This document shows positions 25,425 to 38,366 of a stretch of DNA of 64,000 nucleotides, in pieces. The position numbers and the translations under genes were made by a program. Below the pieces are notes generated by a model. That model was not told where the DNA came from, did not search any database, and saw nothing but the letters and a program-made list of their open reading frames with translations. The stretch is from the NCBI RefSeq assembly GCF_009834535.1, contig NC_045697.1, positions 31,126,001 through 31,190,000 of the forward strand, written 5' to 3'. Every line of letters begins with the position of its first letter. The first letter of the stretch is position 1. The stretch comes from Camelus ferus. Taxonomy: Eukaryota.

Positions 25425-26827
25425 CTACCCTAGATTTCTAAATTGTTGAAGGTCACAGTTTCTGTAGTCACCCTCTTCACTGAAAGTGGAAATCTGTTTT
25501 GTTGCTACTAATAATGGTTATCGTTAACTTCAGTTATTATTCCTTCCTCCAACCTAGAACACTGTCCAGGTTTGGGGAATTTCCTAGCTCTTTTTCCATC
25601 TTGCACTGAGGACAAAACTGTCTACTGAGCAATAAGACTTAAGACAAAGGAGCATCTCACGTAAGCCAGATCTTTCTCCTTGTTGGAACTCTTTTAAATT
25701 GGAACCAGAGTTCCAGTATAACAAAAGCACGCTCTGAAGGAGATGGCTAGGAGTGGCTGAGTTATCTACTGTTACTAGAAGAACAAGTAGAATAGGTTGT
25801 ACTGGATGATGTAACAGGAATAGGATTCCTGGAGGCTGGTGGAGCACTGGGGGAGCCTTGGTGGGTGCCCTCGAGACCCACTCCACCCCCACCCCGACTT
25901 CTGCATCAGTCACAGCATTCATCCTTTTAACTGTTTTGCATTTGGGGAATCCCATGTAATATATTATTTGGGGAAAAAATGGATGTAAGTAAAGGTTGAA
26001 AACTACCGTTAAAGAGGAAAGAACATAGATTTTGCTCCAATTTCCAAATTTGAAATTCTCTGGTGACCTGAACATTTCTTTTATTCATTAAGAGCCTTTA
26101 TTGCATCACTTGTGAAATGAGGTAGTCTCTACTACATCAGGTTGGTGTGAGAATTGGGTATAGACTGTAAGGCTGTGTAAGCCATCTTTTTCTTCTCCCA
26201 GGTTTATGGCTGACACAGCTAATTTCTCTTAAGAATGGAAGTGGCCTCCGAATCTTTCCAAAACACCAGAATTCACATGGGAATTGAAACACACTTACTC
26301 TCCCTCTCTTACAGTGGCAAGACCTTAAACCATAAGGCTAAGAATAGAAGTGTTTAAATAAAGTGACTATATGGATGGTAGAAAACAGTTGTGTCATGTG
26401 ACCACAGCAATTTAGCTTGAGGCAGCAGTCAATAAAAGTCCCTCTAAGTAAGGATTTGTCAATGAAATAGTGACTAATAAAAACTAACCTTTTTGAGTGG
26501 CCAATATGTGCCAGGCAGTGTTCACAAATTAACTTATTAAATTGTCTCTACAACCCTTTAAGTAAAAGACAGTTCTCATCATAGCATTGCATAGATTCTG
26601 ATGACACTATTTTAGGATGACCTTGGTCTATTTGTGATTCCCTTTAAAAATGACAATGTTGTTTTCAGTATTTATACATTAATTTTATTTTAGGAAATTT
26701 ATTTATTCTGAATTGTGGACAAGCTACTAGGAAACGATAAAGTCATCAGACAGATTTAACATTTGATATTTTGGCCCTTTGAAAGTAATCTTTGTAAGTC
26801 ACATTGCAGGCCCATGATATAAAGTAA

Positions 26828-27456
26828 TGTTACTGAACCAAACTTGGTTCCGCTCACCCACCAATCTGCTGACACTGGGTTGTGACGAAGGAAAGTATAG
26901 CATTTATTACAGGGTGCTGAGCAAGGAGAATGGGGAGCTTATGCTCAAAAGACTTGAACTCCCCTGTGGCTTTCAGGGACGGTTTTTGAAGACAAAGTGA
27001 GAGAGAAGGTCATAAGGTGGCTGATCAGCTCATGGACATTCTTCTGATTGGCTGGTGGTGAGGTAATAGAGTGGTATTTCAGGAGTTAACCTTCTGGTTC
27101 CAACCAGTCCAGGGTCTACGTGCTGGTGGTCGGCATGCAGTGAACTTCTTCCACCTGGTGAGGGTCTTAGTCTCTGCCAAAACAACGCAATGATACAGCT
27201 CAGGATTTTATCTACAGCCCTTGAGGAGGAGCTAAAGGTCCCTGAGTTTATTTTATGGCTAAAGTATTATTATTTTGTCTTGCTTGACTGTTTTCCTTTG
27301 TTTCTGCATTTTCTCACTTCTCTGATTAAATTTGCTCTTTAGAATTCAGGGAAGGCCTAGGGGTCTAAATCTTTTCTATAAACAGGAGGTGGAGGACACA
27401 CTGAGGATGGGGGAGTCTGTCCTCAGGAAGGCCCTGTAGGGTCCTGCTCGGCTTCA
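26828..27456 (-). mobile_element. Complete ERV1-class solo LTR (629 bp) in the last GRXCR1 intron
   Basis: TG...CA termini, 4-bp TSD GTAA at 26824-26827 and 27457-27460, minus-strand AATAAA near 26905 and CCAAT near 27048. Confidence 0.88.
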
Positions 27457-27765
27457 GTAATTTTTAATTTCATTGCATCATCATTTGGAATTCCCTGGGT
27501 TAAGGGCCTGGCGTCTGGAGTGAGTGGCATAGCGAGGCAGTGAGTGTAGGAAGCTTCCTTAGCCCTCACATTCATTCTGGCTTTGTTGTTCTTTGTTTGC
27601 CATTGCAAATATGTTTATGGAGAACATATGCTATTCAAGAATTTGAAAACATTGAAACATTATACTGGGTGTAAAGATACTGAAATGATTTATACTGGTT
27701 GGTAAATAGTTGCTACCCCAAGACTCTCAAGCATCTCTCCTCTTCCCTGACTGCAACTCCCCTAT

Positions 27766-27957
27766 AAGGGTTGCCAGATAAAATATAGGATGCCCACTTA
27801 CATTTAAACTTCAGGTAAATCATGAGTAATCTTTTTAGTGTAAGCATGTCTCATGAAATACTTGGTACATACTTATATAAAAATTTATCTGTGATCTATC
27901 TGAAACTCAAATTAACCGGGCAACTCATTTTTTTAATTGCAGAATTTGACAATTACA
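27766..27957. mobile_element. MER53 (palindromic hAT MITE)
   Basis: agggttgccagataaaatataggatgccca...tacatacttata...tatctgaaactcaaattaaccgggc, with imperfect dyad symmetry centred near 27856. Confidence 0.85.
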
Positions 27958-29807
27958 CTCTGCTTGGTACCCAGGTCTATTTATAATCCAGCACTGATGA
28001 CTGAAGTCCTGGACTTCACTGTAAGTCCTTTTTCCAGGCCTTAAGCAGCCCAGCATCTGTTCTGACTAGTTGGTATTCTTTTTGTACAAATCATTAAATA
28101 TTTGGAACATAACCTCTGGCATGGCTCTGATGCATGTCAAGGGTATATATCTGCCTTATCATATTCTTTCTAAAATTTGATAAGAATACCATTACTTATT
28201 AAATCTCTTATATTTTGCTTTTAGACTATACTTTTTCTATTGCTTTTATTGTTTTTACCCAAAGTTATTTTTCCTACAGACATTTTGATATAATGCAAAA
28301 TTGTTAAGCCCAGTACATCATTTTTGGGTCAAGTTCTTGTACAAAGAAATGACAAAAAACCCATCTACAGAGAAACTAAATTGCTACATATGACCTAGAT
28401 CTAACTTTTTGGAAGAGCTTTGAATCAACAAACGTGACAATGTTCTTTGTGTCATTCAGATTGGCAGCCACTACTTTCCATCAAAGTAATTCTGTGCCAC
28501 TCAAAATGAGTTGTGACATGGATTTTGCACTCTTGATATAACAACTAAGTCAAACTGTAATTGTAAGTGAATCTTGCTACATACAGAATATACATATCTG
28601 AAAAGTGGTCTGGGAATATATAAATTATAAGGCAATCATACAGGGTACTAATTACTATAAAATTATAGTTGTTTCCTGGGGAAAAGTTTCTTGCTGGGGA
28701 AATGGTGGGTTAAAACTGGTTAATCAGTTTCCTTTTCAGCTGGATTTTTTGAAGACTTTAGTAAGTATGATTGTGAACCTCGAGAGAAAAGTTGTACGTA
28801 TGTCTAAGCATGAAAGATATGTTTGAGTGTGCTTGTGTGTGTATATGTTTGTGTGTGTGTGCACGTAGCTACATTTCTCAAACTTATTTTAGCAATTATT
28901 CTTGTCACAGACAGGACTGCAAACATTACTGCAAATTCCTATTTTGCAAGTCAAAAACTCGATATTAATTCATATTCTCTTTGTATTCATTCCGTAATGG
29001 CTCCTAATTTCCCCCCAGCAGATAGTTTGGGTGGACTCCATCAAAGGTCACATGCTCAAAAAATTAAATAGAAATGTGTATGGATACTTTTCAAAATATC
29101 CTTAACATACTTTTTAGTTAATTTCATTATACTATAATGGGTAATTTATGTTTACATGAGGTAGAAAGGCTGATAGCTTTTATGGGAAGTTTTACAGACT
29201 TGGATAAATGTCTTAAGATGTCTATGAGTGTTTCTTTAAATATAAAATGAGGACAATGATGCTTGAGTTAGCTGCTTTACAGAAGAAGGTGTTGGTATGT
29301 GTGCAGAGTAGGATGAGGGAAGATTCTACATAGTAATGCATTTGAAATTGCTCTTTTAAAAAACAAAGCGTTATTCACATGTGTGATATGATGATGAATC
29401 TTCCATTGACAGTGGCCCCTCCACACTCCAGCTTTCTGTTTTCTGATTTTCCAGACTCACTATTAGTGATCTTATGCTGTAAACAAAGACACAAAACTAT
29501 GAAGAGAAGCTAAGGGGAGAGTTACAGTATTTTTCCTTTAATACAAATCAAGTCTCCTGAATTGTTTGGCTCCCAAATGTGGGTTTTCAGAAGATGGATT
29601 TCTTGAAGTATATGCCCTTTACCCTAATATACCAGCCTTTCCAAACCGGGCTCATGCTTTTGATGGCCACCAATGAGATAAGAAAGGGAACTTCAGCTAG
29701 CCTTTCCCTTGGCTGTATCGCACACTCATGGTAGGTGATTTCAAGTCCGGTGTGCCAGTACCGTTGTGTGACCATCCCCAGGACAGAGAGATGGGAGGGC
29801 TGAGTGA

Positions 29808-30041
<234 letters not shown>

Positions 30042-30136
30042 ACAGAGCCGCCACGCAGGCGTGCCTCGTTTCATCGAATGACAGCAATAATGTGATTTGT
30101 ACTTTTTTTTTAAATGGTTCTGTTTCTGGATTAATC

Positions 30137-30142
30137 AATAAA
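30137..30142 (+). terminator. GRXCR1: Polyadenylation signal of GRXCR1 (short 3'UTR of about 120 nt from 30042)
   Basis: First AATAAA, 95 nt after the stop codon, preceded by TGTA and a T tract and followed by T/GT-rich sequence. Confidence 0.75.
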
Positions 30143-30892
30143 CTTTGTTTATTATAATTTCCTCTGGAATTTTTGCTGTGACCACTTTCATTGATTTATT
30201 AAATAAATGTTTATTCAGCAGGTACAATGTGCCAAGCCCTGTGCCAGGCCCTGGTTTCTAACTGGAATTAATGGAGGGCCCAATAAAATTCCAAGATATC
30301 CCCAGTATGGTTCCCTAAATAAGTGTTTGATTTTCTAAAGAAAATATAAAATATAGCTAATGGTGTCTATTATGATGCCACACTATTGTCTAGGGAAGAG
30401 TGTGCTGCTTGGTGGGAAGACAAGTTATCTTACTTAGTAAATTTTTTTAAAGCTGTAAAATCATCTTGGAGCTGATGATATTAATGAAAAATCATTGATG
30501 TTACCCAATGAATGTCTTGGTGATGAAGCAAAAGTGGCAGAAGATTTATCTGGATTTATTTTTTTAAACATCTGTTTTGTACTACGGTCACTGAAAACCC
30601 TCCAAAAAGAAGTTATGTCTCTTGAACTGGACAGAAAATATAACAAAGTTTGAACACACAGTAAACAATGTTAGCAAAGTGGACAAAATGAAATTTTGCT
30701 ATAATTATTAGCTGATGCCTACCTGTCCATGTCTGTACTCTGATGGATTCCCTTATGGATAATTTTAATAAGACACTTTCACAGTATCTGTGATAAGGTT
30801 ATAAAAGTATTTTACATCTTGGTTTTGCAAAAAGCTATACATGTTTATCAAGTGTTTTCTAATCAGCCAGGCACAGCAGAATATACCATGTT

Positions 30893-32400
30893 TATGGATA
30901 GGAAGATAGCATTTTAAAGATGTCTGTAGTTTCAATGCAAATCTTATTTAAAATCCCACCAGATTTTGTGTAGAATTTGACCAATAATTCTAAATTCATA
31001 TAAAAATGCAAACAATCTAGTGTCCAAGAAAATTTTGAACAAATAAAATAAGTATAGACAAATAGGTCCATGGGATAGAACAAAGAATACAGAAATAGAC
31101 ACACACATTCACATCAAATTGATGTCAGTTTGATTTTTGCCAATTCAAGGGATGGGGAACAGAAATCTTTTTTTTAATAAATAGTGCTGGAGCTACTATA
31201 TTCCTGTGTGGGAAAAAATGACCTTGAAAACTACTACTACTACTGCTGCTGCTGCTGCCACTACCGGCATCTGGGGCTGGAGGCCAAGGGTCCTGCTGAA
31301 CATCCTGTAAGACATAAGGCAGCACCTCCCCTTGAGAAAGGATTGTCCAGTCCAGTCAATGGTGTCAAAATTGAGAAACTATGGATGCTAAATGCTAAAT
31401 TCTCTGGGTGCTAAAATGCTAAAGCTCAACCAAGAGAATATCTTCACAATCTTGGGGTAGGCAAAGATATTTTGAATAAGTCACAAAATGTTTAAGTATA
31501 AAAGATGATAAATTGGACTTAATTCAAATAAAAATCTCCTCGTTAAAAGAAACTTTAAAAAAATGAAGAGGGGGGCCACAACCATGAGAAAATATTCACA
31601 GTACAAATATCTGCCAAAGAACTTATATCTAGGATATACATACATATATATATATATATAATTATATATGGTTATATATATAATATATAACCATATGCAT
31701 ATATAAAATTTTGAAAATTCTGAAAAATCAGTAATAAAACAATCTAATAAAGAGGTGGGTAGTAAACACTTCACCAAAGAAGACACATGGATGGCCAAAA
31801 GCAAAGGGACAATATATATCATTAGTCATCAGGGGAGTGCAAATTTAAGCCACAATGAGACATTACTACATAATATTTAGAATGGCTAAAACTTTAAAAG
31901 ACTGAAAATATAAAGTGTTGGAGTGGATATGGCATAACTGGAATTCTCCTATCTTGCTAATGAGAATGCCAAATGGTACAACCACTTAGGAAAACCATTT
32001 GATAATTTCTAATAAAGATAAACATATGCTAATTGTATGCTCAGCAGTTTTACTCCTAGTTATTTCTTCAAGAGAAATAAAAATATATGTTCGTGTTGTA
32101 TAAGAGTTTCATGGAAGCTATATCCATGACAGTCACAAAGCAGAAAGATTTCCAATGCCCACTGATAGGACAACTGATAAGCAAATTGCAGTATATTAAT
32201 ACAGACACACTCTATCTAGCATTAAAAACAAACAAGCTATTGATTCTAGCAGCATAACATGGATCAACCTCAAAAACATTTTATGAATAAACTTAACCAG
32301 ATACGAAGGATATGTACTATGTGATTCCATTTATATGATGCTATAGAATAGGTAAAATGAATGCACAGAGTGGTTGCCTCACAGTGGGGAGGGGATAAGA
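30893..32400 (+). mobile_element. Old L1 (L1MC/ME-like) ORF2 end and 3'UTR, interrupted by MER20
   Basis: ttctaaattcatata, aataaatagtgctgg, ggggtaggcaaagat, cacttcaccaaagaagacac, aaatggtacaaccact, tgtgattccatttatatga. Confidence 0.8.
31258..31385 (+). mobile_element. MER20 3' half, preceded by a (CTA)n(CTG)n repeat at 31231-31257
   Basis: ctaccggcatctggggctggaggccaaggg..ctgctgaacatcct...gtcaat...ttgagaaac. Confidence 0.75.
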
Positions 32401-34571
32401 GGGAGAAATTAAAAGCGACCAGAACTAAAGCAGTGGTACCAGTTACAATTAGTTGGCAGTAGATTTCCTCTCTATCAGGAAAGGGGAAAAGAGTTTCTTG
32501 TATAAGTGAACAAGTTTCTCATCACAGTTCCAACATGGGTCTGAGATTTCATTAAGTAGTAGGGCCTATCTGGAAACTCCTGACTACTCAGGTCTTGGGC
32601 TGTGTTTCTGCAAACCTACCCATAGTCCCAGTGTCCTTTTGTCTGGGGGTGCAATCAGGATGGAGAATTACAGCAGGGCGAGAGATTCCGGTTTTCAGGC
32701 CCCATCTAAGGGTTCAGAGGACAAAACCTTTCTGACTTTGAATTGTGTTCACGAGGCATTTGTTTCGGATTCTATCTTTTATTCTTTTCTTCCTGTGTTG
32801 GCACAGAATTAAAGTGTTATGTTTTCTTCTGGATATTTGCAAGCCTCTGAAGAAGAACTTCATGGAAGAGTAATGAAATTTTAAAAGAAATCTCAGACAT
32901 CTTGTAGAATTGCAGAAGTTTATGAGAGTGACAGGCTCAGAAATGAGCTCATCATAGGCTTTCTTAAACAAATTTGTGTTAACTTTCTGAGAGAACTTGG
33001 TTTAGACACTTCACATTTATCTGTTTTAGTTTTATAAAATGTAAATGGGAGGTAATTATACCTGCTATATTTATTCCACACTGTTGTTGTGCGGGATTAA
33101 TTGGAATATAGGAAGGTACTTTAAAAACAAAGCACTATACAGAGGCATGGAGTAATTTCCTAATTACCACGAAAATTATGCTTCAGCAATAAATCCTTTT
33201 ACCGACCAGATAAGGAAACGAACTAACATGTATTGGACACCTTCTGTATGCTTGGCTTTTTTAGAAGGTGTCTCATTTATCATTCACAATACTGTGAAGA
33301 AACTGATTCAGAATGTTAATTAATTTTTCTGAAGTCTTGAAATGTATCCTAATCTGTTGTGTCTTAGGCGTCCCTGTGAGCTGCTTTTATTTCTGGTATA
33401 AAATGGGAAATCTGTCGAGCAAACACCGAACTTGCCCAAAGATAAACACCTACATAAACAATAGAGTTGAGATGCAGAGAAAGTCTGTCCTGTGCTTCTG
33501 TGCTCTCATCACTTCCTCTCTGTAACTAGTCACTTATTTCAAAAGCCAGGAAATGCTGGTTGTTGGCAAGGGATACACAGTAATGCAATCAGGCTATGAA
33601 AAAATTTTCGGGAAAAGATTAAGAGGGGAAATCAAAAGATGATACGTACCTAATAACATAAATACATAGTTATTTTTTAATCATCTTGTCATCCTTGTCT
33701 TTTTTTAAAGCATAAATGATTAGTATATTGATTAGAGTTTCACCTGGTCTTTCATGCACAAACCTCAGACACCGCAGAGAAGTTGGTCTGCAATCTTTCA
33801 AAGCACAGTGGAAAATTTAAAGACTCTTCTGCTAAGCAGTCTGAATATAATATTCTTTAAGATTTTGGCAATTATTTCTCCTGACCTTTTGTAGTTTCCT
33901 CGCGTAGAAAAAATTTGACCGTAATTTTTGTTTGTACTTGATTCCACGAAGTTATTTCTAAGGCATTAAACTTAGTTTTCAAAGAATAAATGTATTTCTG
34001 TTTGCTCATATTTAGCCAGGCTGTGTAGTATTTTGTTATAATTAATGATTACACTTAATTAAAATAAATATGTTATTTAGTTATGTAACTATACATACAA
34101 TTATAAACACAATTATAAGGCTAACAAATTTGTGAAGAAACAAAACTGACTCTTGGGAGATATGTTTGTTTGCTGTAGCAGACATATGCAGGCAGGGAGG
34201 AGCGTTTTTCCTGGTTTCAAGCATTCAGCAGGCAGGAGGCATCAGAAGGAACATATTACAGAGGGAACGGGGGGAGGGGGTCATCTGCCTACCTTGAAAG
34301 TCCGCGAAGTGAAACTGACTGAGAGAGCTCTAGCTAACTGACGTCTCAGTGACAGTAACCAGGGGCACTGTTGGTAATATGCTCAAGGTCATTCAGCATC
34401 ACCTTCCTCAACACCCTTCAGGTTCGTCAGCAGCTGGTTTCGCTACCGGCATTTCTAAATGCAGCCTGTGTTTGACCTGCAGCGTTTGGACACTCAATTA
34501 CTTTAGAAGATACCTTGTTCTCTGCAAGAGTGAAACACTTCCACAGCTGCCTCACTTAGAAAGAGACAATC

Positions 34572-35025
34572 CCTTTTTGTGTCTGGCTTATTTCACTTAG
34601 CACAACGTCCACTGCATGAGCTCACTTCTATGTGGAATGTAAAAAGTTGAATGTATAGAAGCAGAGAGTAGAATGGCAGTTACCAGGGTCAAGGAGGTGG
34701 GGATGCTAGTCAACGGATGCAAAGTTGTGTTTATGTAGAAGCGGTACGTTTTAGAGATTTAATGTATAGAGTGAATAGCATGATGACTGTAGTTAAGGAT
34801 CCTGTATTGAACACTGGAAATTTGCTAAGAGAGTAGATTTTAGGTGATCTCACCACACACGTGCACGTAAACCCCACTACCCGCCATGGTAACCATGTGA
34901 GGAGATGATGTGTTAATTAGCTTCACCATAATAATAATTTCACTACATGTATGGATATAAATCATCATGTTGTACACCTTAAATATATACAATTTATATT
35001 AAAAATAAAAATTCAAAAATTAAAA
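34572..35025 (+). mobile_element. L1MA-like 3' end with a short inverted 5' piece
   Basis: 34611-35025 is a sense 3'UTR with an A tail. 34572-34610 is the adjacent ORF2-end sequence (ctaagtgaaataagccagac) on the minus strand. Confidence 0.8.
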
Positions 35026-35104
35026 GTCTCACTGAACTCACTGACAATTTTTTGCTTAACTAGAGGACATTGTAATGAATTCCTATCAAGAAACACTTTT
35101 CTTT

Positions 35105-35298
35105 TTATTGACATATAGTCAGTTACAATGTGTCAATTTCTGGTGTACAGCACAATATCCCAGGCATGCACATAAATTCATATATTCATTTTCATACTCT
35201 TTTTCATTAAAAGTTACTACAAGATACTGAATATAGTTCCCTGTTCAATACAGAAGAAATTTTTAAATCTATTTTTATATCTAGTGGCTAACATTGGC
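35105..35298 (-). mobile_element. 5'-truncated L1 3'UTR fragment, same family as 37464-38351
   Basis: TSD AACACT(T/C)TTCTTT at 35092-35104 and 35299-35311. Aligns by eye with 37475-37690. Confidence 0.85.
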
Positions 35299-37463
35299 AA
35301 CACTCTTCTTTAGAGAACCATTGGAAGTTCTTTGGTGGGAGAAAAAGGATTTTCAGCTATGCGGAGTATCTGTATTTCAAAGTGTTATTTCTCTAAGAAA
35401 GAGCAACCATTCTGATGGAAACTTTTTTGTTCTGACCTTATTCTGAACTTTTTGAACTTTTTCATTAAACCCAGCACAAAACACACTGGAATATTCAAAA
35501 TGCCCAATTCAGTAGCAAGGTGACTTTGAAGGGAATATAGCTTTCACAGAAAAATGTAAGATGTCCATAAAGCTTTGCTTGTATGTAGCAAAACTGAAGC
35601 CTCCTCTTAATATTAATCAATATCTAGAAAATCCATATAGATTCTCAGCACTGTACATGCCTCATTTAGCATTCTGTGTTCTTAAGTGCTTTTTTTTTCT
35701 CTCTGTTTTCTATGATCTTAACCTTTTTCTTCCCATCCTCTTGTTAGAGGAATATCAATTATAAATATGATCTGAGTACCCAAAAGAGAGGTAGACAGAT
35801 CAGCTAGAGAGCAAAATGTTTGCATCATCTAGAAGATGATGCTAGATGCAATGACTATTTTATACGAGAAAAGAAAAATATTAAGACTGATGGAAAATAG
35901 TGACCTTTTAAATGTTTTTCTTATAAATTTGGTTGCTTTGATCTGTGTTTTGCATATTGTATATTTTTGTGTATTGCTTTGCATTTGATGGATGAAGACA
36001 TTGGGAAGCCTGAAAAGCCCTTAGGAGAAGCACGGTTACCAGCTCTAAGGTGCTGGTTCCTGGAAGACAAGATGCCACTCCTTGCTCTGAAGTCTACATA
36101 TTTGCTTTGACCTTTAGAGGTCTGTTCTGAGAGGTTTCCTGTCTGTTGTAGATTTTGCCTGGAGACAGAATTGTCAATATATTTTGTCACATTTTTGTTT
36201 TCTGGCTAGGAAATATTATAGCATACTTTATTTTAAGAAAGAGAAATACATCTTTTTTTTCCAGAACATTCTTCCCTAAGGTAAAATTGCCCATACTTTG
36301 TGTTTTTTTCAGTAGTTGCTATGAACCCTTTGCTGTTATAAATATGGGAACAGCTGCAACAGCGTTACTCCCATTAGCCAGCGTTCCCGCTTTCTTCTCC
36401 TTCCATGTTTGCAGAAATAGGAACTGAGGAAAATCTTTGAGCCTATTTATGAAATAGAAGTCTCTGAATAAAACATTTAAGTTTGTTAATAATGTTATCG
36501 CGAAAAGCATGCTGGCATAAACCTAATGTAGCATTACTTTGATTTTCTTCAACAATTGCCTAAATTAACATCTTCCTTTTGATCAGGGATCAACAGGGAG
36601 TAAATATCTCCCACTTAAGAATTTTTTAAGCTATTAGATTTTCCAAAATTCAGGGAGGACATCTGCTTCCTTGAGTATTAGTTGATCATTTAAGTCTTTA
36701 ATCCATTTTGATTATCTGATTATTCCATTAGTGGCCTGATTTTCACAGTCACAGGTCACTGTGGAAGACACATCCTACACAGTTTGATGACTGGTGCTTG
36801 TCACTTCTTACTGGGAAACAATTACTATTCTGAATTCCCATCCAGGCCACAGTAAAGGAGCCAAATCTATACTATTTTTTGGTTCACACACTCATTCCCA
36901 GACACTGTTCTCCAAAGCACAATGATAAACTGGCCTAATGTTAAAAAAAAAACAAAACCCAAAATAAAAAGAACTTTTCTCATCAGCTACATGATATGCT
37001 GAAAATATCTCCCCCACCGACAAGAACCTATAATTCTTTGGTTCTAACCCAGGTTACCCCAGATACCTGACTGAACTGGAGAAGAAATGAAGCTGACCCA
37101 AAGATAGAGACAATGACTGACATGGATGATGAGATTTTGATATGAATTTAAAATTAATATCAAGTCACTTATAAAGTTAATCACCAAATCCACACTCTAA
37201 AAAATAGTAGGGGAAGGTAAGGGGAGATAAAGTTCAGGGGTTAATTGATACATGTAAAGAAACAAATGGAGATAATGGGGAAAGTATAAACATGTGCATA
37301 GCTACTCTCATCTGTGTTTTTACAGCTGGTCATGAAACCTGGTTTGTATTTACAAATTTCTTCCTCATCTTATTTCATGTTAAATCTGCCCTCAGTCAGT
37401 ATCCCTGTGGACTGGGTTCTTTTCCCAGTAGGGTGATCAAAATCTCTCTTTCCAGGTTATCTT

Positions 37464-38351
37464 TTTTTTTTTAATTGAAGTATAGTCAGTTACAATGTGT
37501 TAGTTATAATATGTCAATTTCTGGTGTACAACATAATGTTTCAGTCATACATATATATATATGTATATTCATTTTCATATTGTTTTTCATTATATGTTAC
37601 TACAAGAAATTGAATATAGTTCCCTGTGCTATACAGAAGAAATTTGGTTTTTATCTACTTTTATATATAGTAGTTAATATTTGCAAATCTCAAACTCCCA
37701 ATTTATCCCTTTCCACCCCTTTCCCCCCTCCAGTAACCATAAAAGTTTTTACTATGCCTGTGAGTCTGTTTCTTTTGTAGATGAGTTCATTAGTGTCTTC
37801 TTTTTTCTTTTTTTAGATTCCAGATATGAGTGATATCATATGGTATTTTTCTTTCTCTTTCTGACTTACTTCACTTAGAATGATGATCTCCAGGTCCATC
37901 CATGTTGCTGCAAATGGCATTACTTTATTCTTTTTTATGGCTGAGTAGTATTCCATTGCATAAATATACCACAGCTTCTTTATCCAATCATTTGTTGATG
38001 GACATTTAGGTTGTTTCTGTGCATTGACTATTATAAATAATGCTGCTATGAACATAGGGGTGCATGTATCTTTTCAAATTATAGTTCCCTCCAGATATAT
38101 GTCCTGGAGTGAGATTGCTGAATTATATGGTAAGTCTATTTTTAGTTTTTTGAGGGATCTCCATATTGTTTTCCATAATAGCTGCACCAAACTGCATTCC
38201 CACCAACAATGTAGGAAGTTTGCCTTTTCTCCATACTCGCCACAGCATTTATTGTTTGTGGACATGAAAAAAAGCTCAATATCACTAATTATCAGAGAAA
38301 TTAAAATCAAAACTACATTGGTATCACCTCACACCAGACAGAATGACCATA
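37464..38351 (-). mobile_element. 5'-truncated, 5'-inverted L1
   Basis: 15-bp TSD TTTCCAGGTTATCTT at 37449-37463 and 38352-38366, poly-T tail. Minus-strand ORF2 tail (HCWWEC..., MFIAALF..., MEYYSAIKKN). 38262-38351 is the adjacent ORF2 piece on the + strand ([18 protein letters not shown]). Confidence 0.92.
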
Positions 38352-38366
38352 TTTCCAGGTTATCTT

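Noticed and set aside
25584..26075. 163-aa minus-strand ORF
   Set aside because: No recognisable homology or exon structure; intronic and antisense to GRXCR1; likely chance.
30202..30287. Additional AATAAA hexamers as the main poly(A) signal
   Set aside because: They lie in or next to an L2 remnant. The first AATAAA at 30137 has the better context, though minor use of these cannot be excluded.
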